From NCBI GenBank assembly GCA_963796055.1, contig CAWCKH010000001.1:285642-349641 (forward strand): a stretch of 64,000 nucleotides of DNA. The letters run 5' to 3'. Below the pieces are notes generated by a model. The model was not told the origin of the DNA. It saw only the letters and a program-made list of their open reading frames with translations, and made no database searches. Origin of the DNA: an uncultured delta proteobacterium. GTDB lineage: Bacteria; Myxococcota; Myxococcia; Myxococcales; Myxococcaceae. Positions within the stretch are counted from its first letter, which is position 1; every line of letters starts with the position of its first letter. Made by a program: the position numbers and the translations under genes. This document shows, in pieces, positions 19,874 through 29,493 of this stretch.

Positions 19874-21493
19874 CTAGCGCGCCTGAACGACCCCGTCCAG
19901 ATGCGTGGAATGTCCGGACGCATCCACCTTGATCGCCCCGCCCGAGGTGACGGAATCCGGGTGACAGCCAGCGCACTGGGTGATGCTGGTCACGCCATCG
20001 TGGTGGTGCTTGCCAGGAATCTGCGTCGGAATCCCATGGCAGCTGCCACAGGCCGCCTGTCCCGGTCCGCCGTTCCACACCGGCCTTCGATTCACGCTGG
20101 CCGACGTGTCCTGTGACAGGCGCGCGCCCGAGCCGTGGCAGTACGCGGTGCAGGTCGCAGTGGTGGGGTCGTAGGAGGCCGTGGCGCCATCCGCCACCGC
20201 CAGCGTCCCCGCCCCCGGCGGGAAGACCTCCGCGGGCGGACCGGTGTCGATGTGACCCGGGCTGTCGAGCTGCGTGGGCACGTGGTGGCACTCCCCGCAG
20301 GCCACCGGAGCGGAGACCTTGTGCAGCGCGCTCAGGTGATCGCGGTGGGCTCCCACGGTCTGGAGCGCAGGGTCCGACCGGCCGAGCAGATCCACCGGGG
20401 GCGCCGGGCTGTCGCCGCTCCCATGGCAGCCCACGCAGCTCCCGGGCGGTGCGGCCACGTCGATCTGCCCGTTGGCATGCAGCACGGAGCGTGGTTCCCC
20501 GTCGATGAAGGTGCCGTGGTGGCAGGCTTCGCAGCGCGGATACGGTGAATGCCCCGCCGGAGGATAGCCGTGACAGCTGCCGCAAGGCGCCTGATCCTGC
20601 CCCACCTTGGTCCAGACCGGATTGATCAGGTTGGCATTGGCGTCCTCGAAGGGGGCATGGCAGTAGCTGTTGGTGCAGCTGGCGGCCGTCCGGTCCCAGG
20701 AGAAGGTGCCCGCGAAGCCGCTCTTGCTGATCACCGGTGCTGGCCCGGTGAGGAGCCTGCCTCCCGACTGATAGTGGCCCTCGTCTCCGGGCTTGGTGGG
20801 GGTCTTGTGACACACCTCGCAGGAGAAGCCGGTGTGCAGCGGGCCGTCCATGACGTGCGACTGATGCGCACCCACCGTCACCAGCGAGGTGGCGGAGTTG
20901 TAGTCCAGGTTCCTGGGGGGAGCCGCGTTCGCCTCGCTGCCATGGCAGGTGTTGCACGCCATCACTCCGGAGGCGTGGCAACTCTGGCAGGCGACGCCGG
21001 CGCTGCCCCCGCTCAGGTCCTCCCCGTGGCATGCCTGGCAGCTGCTCAGGTCGTAAACGGCCTGTCGCAGCACGCGACCGTGGAACTGGTCCGTGTTTCC
21101 GGGGTCCATCCAGCCATTGATGTGCGTGGTGTAGGGCTTGGGCTTGAGGGCGCACCCGACCACCCAGGTCTGGAGCTCGGTGATCTCGGCCTGGGCGATC
21201 GCCGTATGCCCCCCGGGCAGCGTCCCCCGCGCCGCCTGGAGCAGCGGCGAGTTGTCGTCTCCGGCCCGCACGCGCGGCGTCCCGTCGGGGCGGCGGGCGA
21301 TGGCGGCCTGGTAGCTGTCCACGCGGTAGTCGGCCTCGGCCCTGGCCGCGGAGTGGCAGGACGCGCAGCGCGACTGAAGCAGCGGCCCCACGCCCTGGGC
21401 ATAGCTGTCATCGCACTGGGCCTGTCCCAGGTTCTGGGAACGCCCCTCGCACGCCGCCAGCGCCAGCAGCGCCCCGAGCAGCGCGACCCGCAT
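19874..21493 (-). CDS. Multiheme c-type cytochrome lipoprotein of CxxxxCH/CxxCH type (13 motifs)
   Basis: Lipobox LAAC; 11 CxxCH plus CTNSYCH and CTAYCH; repeated 'VGAH..H', 'P.W' and 'H..G' units. Confidence 0.88.
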   Translation of the reverse strand: MRVALLGALLALAACEGRSQNLGQAQCDDSYAQGVGPLLQSRCASCHSAARAEADYRVDSYQAAIARRPDGTPRVRAGDDNSPLLQAARGTLPGGHTAIAQAEITELQTWVVGCALKPKPYTTHINGWMDPGNTDQFHGRVLRQAVYDLSSCQACHGEDLSGGSAGVACQSCHASGVMACNTCHGSEANAAPPRNLDYNSATSLVTVGAHQSHVMDGPLHTGFSCEVCHKTPTKPGDEGHYQSGGRLLTGPAPVISKSGFAGTFSWDRTAASCTNSYCHAPFEDANANLINPVWTKVGQDQAPCGSCHGYPPAGHSPYPRCEACHHGTFIDGEPRSVLHANGQIDVAAPPGSCVGCHGSGDSPAPPVDLLGRSDPALQTVGAHRDHLSALHKVSAPVACGECHHVPTQLDSPGHIDTGPPAEVFPPGAGTLAVADGATASYDPTTATCTAYCHGSGARLSQDTSASVNRRPVWNGGPGQAACGSCHGIPTQIPGKHHHDGVTSITQCAGCHPDSVTSGGAIKVDASGHSTHLDGVVQAR

Positions 21494-21507
21494 TGGCGCA
21501 GAACCGT

Positions 21508-22569
21508 CTAGTGGTGACATGTCAGGCACATGGAGTTGCGGTTGATTTCCGAGGCGGGGTGCTTGGTCGTGAAGCCCGGTGGGTGCGGGTCGCCGCCGGG
21601 GCCGCCCACGCGATGGCAGCTCACGCAGTTGGACGCGGCACCCTGCTCATGGCAGGCGGCGCAGCTCACGATGTCCCGCCGCGCGGCCGAGCCGTGGAAG
21701 CTCGGGCTCCCGGTGGTGAGCCAGCCGGCCGGGTGCGGGTTGAGCGGGTTGTCCGAGTCGGGCGTCAGCCGCTGCTTCTTGTGGCAGTCCGAGCAGAAGC
21801 TGACCGGGTGGCACTTCTGGCAGGCTGCCTCGTTCCCCCGCGCCTCGATCGAGTGACGGGTGAGGAAGTCGCCCCAGTGGATGAAGTTTCGGTCCGGTCG
21901 GTCCGGGAGGACCTCCTCGACCCGCATCGGACGGGTCCTGGCGGCGTGGCAGTCCGCGCAGAACTGCTGCTGGTGACAGGTGTCACACGCCGCCGAGGTC
22001 GACCGGGCGATGGACGGATGGAGGCGAGTGAAGTTCCCCTGGTGGCTGAAGACGGTGGTGGGCCTGAGCGGAAAGTGGGTCAGGTCCAGGTGGCAGGCGT
22101 AGCACTGGCCGGCCTTGAACTGATCATCGTGGTTGTGGCACGCCAGACAGGTCTTCATCGGTGGGACCGGCTTGTCCAGCTGGCCGCGGGCCGGAAGCGC
22201 GAGGTGGCAGACCTCGCACTTCTCGTCCTTCTCCAGATGCTTGGCGTGGTTCATGATCAGGTACGGCGGCTTGCTGGCGTAGGTGTGCGGCTTGTCCGCG
22301 TCCAGGTGGCACATCCCGCACTTGCCCTCTTCCTTCTCCTTCTTGTGGCAGCCGAGGCAGGTCTTCTCCTTCGGGAAGGCGCCGGGTTGCCCCAGGGCGG
22401 TCTGGTCGAAGATGGTCTCGTGGCAGGTGAGACACTCCAGCCCGGCCTTCTTGTGGCCGGCATGGTTGGGATCGATCGTGAGCGGCTCGCCGGCGTTCGC
22501 GGACCAGACCCCGCCCAGAAGCAGAATGGCGACCAGCGGACCGCGCGCGCGGAATGGTCGCCGGATCAT
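21508..22569 (-). CDS. Periplasmic 13-heme cytochrome c (c3-like N-terminus; ExtA-like)
   Basis: Signal peptide ending SANA; 13 CxxCH in about 350 aa; ATGA coupling with the porin. Confidence 0.88.
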   Translation of the reverse strand: MIRRPFRARGPLVAILLLGGVWSANAGEPLTIDPNHAGHKKAGLECLTCHETIFDQTALGQPGAFPKEKTCLGCHKKEKEEGKCGMCHLDADKPHTYASKPPYLIMNHAKHLEKDEKCEVCHLALPARGQLDKPVPPMKTCLACHNHDDQFKAGQCYACHLDLTHFPLRPTTVFSHQGNFTRLHPSIARSTSAACDTCHQQQFCADCHAARTRPMRVEEVLPDRPDRNFIHWGDFLTRHSIEARGNEAACQKCHPVSFCSDCHKKQRLTPDSDNPLNPHPAGWLTTGSPSFHGSAARRDIVSCAACHEQGAASNCVSCHRVGGPGGDPHPPGFTTKHPASEINRNSMCLTCHH

Positions 22570-23849
22570 CGAGCGGTTCCCTTCTGCTGGAGCGTCGAGA
22601 AGTTGTATCCGATGCGGGCGGTGGCCGTGTACGCGGTCTGGAAGAAGGGAGTGGATCCCACCGAGCCGCTCAGCATGGCGCTCCACCCCGAGCCGATCGC
22701 CCAGGTCGCGCTGCCGGTTCCCACGATGGACTCGGTCTTGGTGTTGACCGCATCCTTGAGCAGCGTTCCCTCCACGTCGGCGCTCAACCTGATCCGCTCG
22801 GTCAAGGCGTGGGAGAACCACGCGCGCAGGTCGGTCACCCCGTTGGCCGGGACGTAGAGGAACCGCGCATTCACCCCAACGGTCGACTTGCGCGCGAGCC
22901 GGTAGGTGGCCCGGAGCTCGGCCTCGTCGCCGTGCCCGCTGTCCACCCACAGCCGCTGGTACTCGCCGTAGAGCCCGAGTCGCCGGGTTGCCTGCCAGAA
23001 CACGCCTCCTCCCACTGCGTCGCGGTTGGTGTTCGCGAACACGCTGAAGATGGAGGTCATGGGGAGGAACAGGTCCGCCTCGGAGTGCTGTCCCCGGGCG
23101 AAGACCTCGAGGCTGGGGAGGATCTGCCAGTGGACCTGGAGATCCGCGTCCGCGAAGCGGGATTGCTGCAGGCTCAGGATGCCCGAGGCGCTCGCCGAGA
23201 GGTTGGAGAGGATTGCCCAGCGTCCATCCAGCCCCAGGTCCTGCCTGGAGAGGACGCCGTCGCTCAGGATCTCGAGGAAGGAGACTCCCACCTCGCTCCC
23301 GTACGAGGGTCTCCAGAAGGCTCTCCCTCCGAAGGCGAACTCACCGACCGGATAAGTGAAGCGAGAGACCGTGGGGGCACCGGCGTAGCCCGTGACTCCG
23401 AAGCCCTTGCCGATCATGCCCGTGGCGTTCACCCCATCCAGCTGGAGGACGCGCGCCGCCCCGCCGGAAACGAGCTGCCGGCCGACGGTGAGACTGAGAT
23501 GCCGGTGGAACAGCGCCCCCTGGATGTAGAGGAGATCGATGTCGCCGGTGGTGCCGGTATAGATGGTGTTCTCCAGCGACGACACCTGTCCCCAGGCGGA
23601 GAGCTGGATGTTGAGGTCGTCCACCCCGGACACCTCGATCCCTCGCACCGAGACGCCCACCATCTCCGTGCCCCAGAAGCCGGTCCGCGTGTCGCCCGCC
23701 TTCCACTCCGGCTTGAGCCGCAGCATCGTGGTCGAGCTGGCGTCGACGACCTCGGCCGCTGCCACCGGCGTCGAGGCGGTCAGGATCAGCGCAAGGGCCG
23801 CCCACCGCGACCCAGCCCCAGCGATGTAACCGAAGATCTCCCGGTTCAT
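22566..23849 (-). CDS. Putative outer-membrane beta-barrel (porin of a porin-cytochrome conduit)
   Basis: Signal peptide, no Cys, amphipathic aromatic-rich beta strands, 'ARIGYNF' near the C-terminus, flanked by multiheme genes. Confidence 0.75.
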   Translation of the reverse strand: MNREIFGYIAGAGSRWAALALILTASTPVAAAEVVDASSTTMLRLKPEWKAGDTRTGFWGTEMVGVSVRGIEVSGVDDLNIQLSAWGQVSSLENTIYTGTTGDIDLLYIQGALFHRHLSLTVGRQLVSGGAARVLQLDGVNATGMIGKGFGVTGYAGAPTVSRFTYPVGEFAFGGRAFWRPSYGSEVGVSFLEILSDGVLSRQDLGLDGRWAILSNLSASASGILSLQQSRFADADLQVHWQILPSLEVFARGQHSEADLFLPMTSIFSVFANTNRDAVGGGVFWQATRRLGLYGEYQRLWVDSGHGDEAELRATYRLARKSTVGVNARFLYVPANGVTDLRAWFSHALTERIRLSADVEGTLLKDAVNTKTESIVGTGSATWAIGSGWSAMLSGSVGSTPFFQTAYTATARIGYNFSTLQQKGTAR

Positions 23850-23899
23850 GATCCGGTGGCGCTCCTGTCGGCTGCGGTCCGAGGGATGGCTTGCTGCGG

Positions 23900-26480
23900 T
23901 TATTCCTTCTCGCGTGGGTACGGGGGAACGTAGGGAGAGGTGATGTTGTGCACCTTGGCCACCGCTTCGGGCCGGTCCGCTCCGTGGCACAGCTCGCACG
24001 TCTCCACCGGCGTACCGTTCATGTCGGCGGTGTTCTGCTTGGCGTGCTCGCTGGCTGCGGCCGAGTCATGGCAGGTGATGCACGCTCGGGTGGTGGGAGC
24101 CTGCCAGGCGACGTTGAGGCACTTGCCGTTGGCGCTGCAGGTCTGTCCGTAGCCGCAGGGCACGCTCGACGAGCAGGTCGCATTGGTGTCCTGGTGGCAG
24201 TTGGTGCACGACCGGACGTCGAGCGGCGCAAGGATCTCCTGGAAGTCGAGCAGACGGTTGCTGTTGCCCAGGTAGTTCAGAGTCGCCGGCGCAATGCTCG
24301 GGGGCAATCCGAGGTTCTCACGCTCCTTGTAGCCCTCGCGCAGCCGCGCGAAGTGGATGTTGTGCACCAGCTGCTGGTAGTCGACGACGATTCCGGGCGT
24401 GGGGTCCTTGGTCACGACGCAGGTCCCGGACTGGCACTCTTCCCAGCCGGCCGAGAAGCCTGGGCAATCGGCGTTGCCGTTGGTGGTGCAGCTCACCCCC
24501 TTTGACCCGATCACCCGGTCGAACGCGCCCTCGCTGTGGCAGGTGCTGCAGGTCTCGCCGTTCTTCCGCTGGCCGCCGTGGAGCGCCAAGTGCGGGAACC
24601 CGCCAGGAGACATGCCGTGGCACGCACCGCAGGCGGCCTGCGTCACCACCTGACGTCCCGTGGCCTTCTGGTTGACTCCGAAGGCGACCGCAACCTGTGC
24701 ATCGACCGCGTCACGCACTCCGCCCGGCGCAGGCGGCGGCGGCGTGGTCTTCGCCCAGTAGAACCAGACCGTGTAGTTCCCCGGCGGATTGGTCTGCGTT
24801 CCGCCGTCCGCGTTGACCGGGGGCAGTGGGTTGGTCGGCCAGGTCCCCGGCGGGACATAGGTGTAGGTCTGCGACGTCGAGTCGTAGGTCAGCGTCCCCG
24901 ACGTCTTCATGCTCAACCCGCCGGTGGCAGTGCCGTAGACCCGCTGGGGGTTCGAGGTCGGACCGGCCACGAGGAACGTGCCGGCCCAGGCGCCATTGGG
25001 CTTGAGATCCGCCACCGACGCCGGGGTCGACTGGTTGTCGAAGAGCTGGAACTTCAGGGTCAGGGTGTCGTTCACCTGGAAGCTGCCGCCCGGCCCGCTC
25101 CCGCCGGTCACGGTCACGTTCTTGAACGTGTAGCCGTCGAGGCTGACCTGCGGATCGTATGGGGTGATCTGGTGTGCCAGAGTGATCGGAGAGAGGCCGT
25201 TGCTCGGCCCATGGCAGGTGGAGCACTGGGCATCGTCGTCCTGCCTCGGGTGAAAGGTCAGCTCGCAGTTCTTGGTCGTGGTGTTGCACGTGGCGAGGGA
25301 GCTCAGCGCGCTGCAGCTCGCATCGTTGGTGCAAGGAGTGTTCGGGGCGGGGAGACCGAGCACCGTGGGCGGGGTGATGGCGACGGTCCCGCTCGGGTCG
25401 ACGCCTCCATCCGGCAAGAGCGGTCCGGCGAAGAAGACGTTGTCATGACAGGTCCCGCAGGCCGCGCGGGAGGGCTTGTTCTTCCACGCCTCGTCGACGT
25501 GGCAGCTGGTGCAGCTCTTCTCCATCGCCACCGAGGCAGGCAAGGCCACGCCTGGCGTCCCCCCGGTGGGCATCGCCGGGAAGCCGACGTTGAGGAAGGC
25601 GGAGAGCGTGGTGTCCGTGCCGTAGCCGTATTCCGGGTGCGCCACGCCCGCGGCCAGCTGGTGCTCGCCGCGGTGAACCCCGTGGGTCTTTCGCAGCAAG
25701 GGATTGGGGCTGTACCCGGCGTTGTTGTGGCAGGCCTTGCAGCTGCCGATGGGAAGCGAGTCGAGCGCGTAGTCGCCCACCGGCGCGCGGGGTGGCGCCG
25801 GGACGATGTGCGCCATGTACATCTTGCCGCCAGGGGCGACGTTCCGGTGGCAGCTCGCGCAGCTCGAGTCCTCCGCAGGTCCGCTCGCGTTCGGCTCGAC
25901 CGTGGCCGTCCCGATCTGGAAGTCCTCGAGGACGAACATCTGGTTGAGCGGGTCCGGGCCGCTCGCCCAGACCGAGGCGGTGTACGTGCCGGGCGCCTCG
26001 GTGGTGATCGGGTTGAGGGTGTAGACGACCGTCCCATCCGGCTGGACGGTCATGTTCGGGTTCGGACTTCCACCGTCCGCGAGCGGTTTGAGACCCTGGG
26101 CTCTGAAGGGCCCCGGAGCGCCGCCGTCAGGGAGCAGCGAGTTCAGCAGGTTGTACGCAGTCACCGTCTGGAGGGGTGAACGGGGGCCCACCACGAAGAA
26201 GTCGGCGGTGGAGCCGAGGCTCGCCGGAGGCACCTTTCCGCAGGCATTGGCGAAGGTGATGGTCACCACCGGCCGTTCCCCGGCTGCGAAGTAGCTGCCG
26301 TTCACCGGGCTCGAGACCGCCAGCGTGGCGCCGATCCTCGGGGGACTGCACGCAGGGGTTAGGACCGGCGTCGCCGGTGGTCCCCGTGGGGCCTGGCGGG
26401 CCCGGGGGGCCCTGCGTTCCTTGCTCCCCGCATCCGAGGCCGACGACCACCACCCCCAACAGCGACAGCGCCAGCCGCAT
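23900..26480 (-). CDS. OmcA/MtrC-family decaheme lipoprotein, split by a +1 frameshift near 26320-26350
   Basis: ATG 26480 frame gives lipobox GLGC and a collagen-like GPP linker. A second frame holds 10 CxxCH in a 5+5 layout with 'PSRAACGTCH', 'RQVVTQAACGACH', 'LALHGG.R' and 'ETCELCHG'. Confidence 0.85.
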
Positions 26481-26638
26481 CGCCGTCCCCCTGTGCTGTG
26501 TCACCGGAGGCCCTCCCGAGGCGGCGGACTGTACCCCCTCATCCTGCGGGAAGGAATCAGCCTTTCGGCCTACGCCTGCCCGGCGCGAGCCACCGACCCA
26601 CCGGCCCGCGTCGCCCTATCCCACCGGCGACAGACACC

Positions 26639-26678
26639 TGAACATTCTTGCGACTCCCCCGTCGATCCGCTAGGCGTC
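26639..26678 (+). promoter_or_regulatory. Duplicated upstream element, copy 1; sigma70-like TTGCGA-N17-TAGGCG
   Basis: Near-identical to 27465-27504; -35/-10-like spacing of exactly 17 nt. Confidence 0.55.
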
Positions 26679-26698
26679 ACGCAACTCGGAGGGCTCGC

Positions 26699-27052
26699 AT
26701 GAACCACGTCCGTCTCCTGGCCTCGATCGCAGCCGGTTCAGTTCTCCTCAGCACCACGGTGATGGCCCAGGCCGACCCCAAGAAGGTCGAGCGCGCGTGG
26801 AAGGCCAAGTGCTCGTCCTGCCACGGGGCGACGGGCAAGGCGGACACCGAGAAGGGTCAGCAGATGAAGATCGTCGACATGACCACGCCGGCGTTCCAGG
26901 CGAAGAAGGACGACGAGCTCAAGAACGCCATCCTCAACGGCGTGAAGAAGGAGAAGGGGGGCGTGAAGCAGGAGATGGACGCCTTCAAGGGCGACCTGAC
27001 GCCCGAGCAGGTCGACGCCCTCGTCGCCTACATCCGCGCGTTCAAGAAGTAG
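26699..27052 (+). CDS. Monoheme class I cytochrome c (c553/c6-like), paralog 1
   Basis: Signal peptide, CSSCH, EMDAF Met ligand motif. Confidence 0.9.
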   Translation: MNHVRLLASIAAGSVLLSTTVMAQADPKKVERAWKAKCSSCHGATGKADTEKGQQMKIVDMTTPAFQAKKDDELKNAILNGVKKEKGGVKQEMDAFKGDLTPEQVDALVAYIRAFKK

Positions 27053-27092
27053 CGGTCGGCATCCGCGCCGCCGTCAGCCCCCGGAGCCTCTC

Positions 27093-27428
27093 ATGAACCT
27101 CGTCCGTTTCTCGGCATCGCTCGCCGCCGCCTCGCTTCTCCTCGGTGCCACGGCGATGGCACAGGCAGATCCCAAGAAGACCGAGCGTGCGTGGAAGTCC
27201 AAGTGCGCCTCCTGCCATGGCGCCGCCGGCAAGGGCGACACCGACAAGGGCAAGGAGCTCAAGGTACCCGACATGACCACGGCGGCCTTCCAGGCGAAGA
27301 AGGACGACGAGCTCAAGAAGGTCATCCTCGAAGGCACGGAGAAGCACAAGGACCACGCCTTCAAGAGCGAGCTGACCCCCGAGCAGGCCGACGCCTTCGT
27401 GGCGTACATCCGCAGCTTCAAGAAGTAG
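27093..27428 (+). CDS. Monoheme cytochrome c, paralog 2 (no M-x-x-F ligand motif)
   Basis: Signal peptide, CASCH; KHKDHAF aligns with EMDAF/VMPSF of the neighbouring paralogs. Confidence 0.9.
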   Translation: MNLVRFSASLAAASLLLGATAMAQADPKKTERAWKSKCASCHGAAGKGDTDKGKELKVPDMTTAAFQAKKDDELKKVILEGTEKHKDHAFKSELTPEQADAFVAYIRSFKK

Positions 27429-27464
27429 CCGGAGTCGCCCTGCCCCTCAGCCGGCAGATCGTCT

Positions 27465-27504
27465 TGAACATCCTTGCGACTCGCCCGTCGATTCGCTAGG
27501 CGTC
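27465..27504 (+). promoter_or_regulatory. Duplicated upstream element, copy 2; TTGCGA-N17-TAGGCG
   Basis: TGAACATCCTTGCGACTCGCCCGTCGATTCGCTAGGCGTC, 3 mismatches to copy 1. Confidence 0.55.
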
Positions 27505-27525
27505 CATCAACTCTGGAGGGCACGC

Positions 27526-27870
27526 ATGAAGAACATCCGTCTCCTGGCCTCGATCGCAGCGGGTTCACTTCTCCTCAGCGCCACGGCAATGGCCCAAGCG
27601 GATCCCAAGAAGGTCGAACGTGCCTGGAAGTCCAAGTGCGCCTCCTGCCACGGCCAGACCGGCAAGGGCGACACCGACAAGGGCAAGGAGCTGAAGGTCG
27701 AGGACATGACCGCCGCCAAGTACCAGTCCAAGAAGGACGATGAGCTCAAGAAGGCCATCACCGACGGGGTCAAGGCGGACGGGAAGGAAGTCATGCCGTC
27801 CTTCAAGGACGAGCTGACCCCGGAGCAGGCCGAGGCCCTGATCAAGTACACCCGCACCTTCAAGAAGTAG
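27526..27870 (+). CDS. Monoheme class I cytochrome c, paralog 3
   Basis: Signal peptide, CASCH, VMPSF. Confidence 0.9.
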   Translation: MKNIRLLASIAAGSLLLSATAMAQADPKKVERAWKSKCASCHGQTGKGDTDKGKELKVEDMTAAKYQSKKDDELKKAITDGVKADGKEVMPSFKDELTPEQAEALIKYTRTFKK

Positions 27871-27921
27871 GCGTTTGCGGTCAGTGGGCGCCCCAGCGAG
27901 CCCGGGCGCGCCCCCGCCCGG

Positions 27922-29493
27922 TCATGGGGTGCGCCGGTTCCGCTCCTGCGACCGGCGGCGGCTCAGCTCACGGATCTTGAGCCCCATCACCACGGCCAGG
28001 AACGACATCACCCCGATCGAGACCAGGAGCCCGTTGCGCCGGTACCGCTGCTCCTTCCGCGCGGCTCGCAGGAGCGTCTCCGTCTTGGCAACCGCCTCGC
28101 GAGCGCCCTTGGCGCCCTGATCGAATCCGCCACGATCGAAGGTGTGCACCCGGGTCCGTGTTTGCCGGAGGGCGTCGTTGATCTCGTCCAGCGAGGCGAG
28201 GATCGGCTCGGTGTCCAGTCCGCGCGTCGCCAGGTGCTCCGCCTCGGGCCGGAGCTGCTGGCTGGTCGTCACCAGGTCGGTGAGACTGCTCCGGAAGTAG
28301 CGCGCCGTCGCGTTGCACTCCGGATTGTCCTTGGCGTTCTGGGCGTGACACGCACCACACAGGCCGTCCGGCGCATCGGAGATCAGCGTGTCCGTCGGCT
28401 TGGCGATCGCGTGCTTCCCATGACACTTCTCGCACTCTGGCCAGTGGTGTGCCTCGAACGCCTGCTTGTGCTTGCTCCCGTCGAAGAAGATGCCGTTCTG
28501 GGTGTGGCAGGTGCGGCAGACCTGCGAGATCGAGCTCACCTTCGGCGGCATGGCCGCGTGATTGCCATGGCAGTCGTTACAGGCCGGAGCACCCAGGTCT
28601 CCCTTTTCCAGAAGCGCCTTTCCGTGCACTGATTTCTTGAAGCCTTCCAGCTGGTCGGTGGGCAGGGGCGTTCCATCGTCCTTCTTGTATCCGGCCATGT
28701 ACTTGGGGTCGGCATGGCAGTGGCCGCAGGTCTGCGGAATGGCCTGGGGGTACACCATGGACTTTGGGCTGTTGGGGCCCCGGATGCCGTGCACCCCGTG
28801 ACAGCTCACGCACTGCGCCGCCTTGGAGTCCTTCTGTTGCAAGAGGAGGATGCCATGCTGGCTGTCGCGGTACTTGGAGAGCTGGTCGGTGGGGAGCGAG
28901 GGGTTGAAGCCGCGCATGAAGTTGGGGTCCGCGTGGCACCGGGCGCAGAACTCCGGGATCCAGGTTCGGTCCACGTGGCGCACGTCGGCCTTGGGCCAGC
29001 GAGCGGCGATGTCCGGGGTCATCACGTCCTTCTCCGGAGAGCCTCCGTGGCACCCCGAGCAGGAAAGCCCGCGGCGGAAGTGCACGTCGCTCACGAAGTT
29101 CTTGAGGTTCAAGAGCTCCGACGACTGGGTGGCCTTGGGGTCCGGCGAGAAGAGGTGGATCTTCTTCTGCGACTCGGGATCGGTGTGGCAGAGGATGCAA
29201 TTGTCGGAGAAGAGGATCGCCGCCCCCTGCGAGGACAGCTCCAGGGACAGCAGGGCCTTGAGGTGCCTGGCTCCGCCCAGGGTGAGCGCATCCAAGTCCT
29301 TTCCGATGAGCTCACGCGTGTGCGGCGGCAGCTTCTTGAGGTACGTCCGCTCGGTGTCTCCCAGGATGGGCGTGCCGTCCTTCCCCTTCTCCTGGAACAG
29401 CGCCTCCACCGAGGCCGGGAGCTTGCCCTCGTCGGGGGCAGGGGTCGGGGCGGTCTGGCCCAGGATCAGCAGCAGCGGCCACAGTCCCTTCAT
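27922..29493 (-). CDS. Nonaheme cytochrome c with C-terminal membrane anchor
   Basis: 9 CxxCH, 'S.HG' repeats, C-terminal coiled coil and TM helix; ATGA coupling with cytochrome b. Confidence 0.88.
   Translation of the reverse strand: MKGLWPLLLILGQTAPTPAPDEGKLPASVEALFQEKGKDGTPILGDTERTYLKKLPPHTRELIGKDLDALTLGGARHLKALLSLELSSQGAAILFSDNCILCHTDPESQKKIHLFSPDPKATQSSELLNLKNFVSDVHFRRGLSCSGCHGGSPEKDVMTPDIAARWPKADVRHVDRTWIPEFCARCHADPNFMRGFNPSLPTDQLSKYRDSQHGILLLQQKDSKAAQCVSCHGVHGIRGPNSPKSMVYPQAIPQTCGHCHADPKYMAGYKKDDGTPLPTDQLEGFKKSVHGKALLEKGDLGAPACNDCHGNHAAMPPKVSSISQVCRTCHTQNGIFFDGSKHKQAFEAHHWPECEKCHGKHAIAKPTDTLISDAPDGLCGACHAQNAKDNPECNATARYFRSSLTDLVTTSQQLRPEAEHLATRGLDTEPILASLDEINDALRQTRTRVHTFDRGGFDQGAKGAREAVAKTETLLRAARKEQRYRRNGLLVSIGVMSFLAVVMGLKIRELSRRRSQERNRRTP

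Noticed and set aside
26540..26600. GCC-GAAA-GGC hairpin upstream of the first decaheme as a possible c-di-GMP-I/GEMM riboswitch
   Set aside because: The conserved flanking elements (G..AAAC before the stem, GACGCAAAGC after it) are absent.
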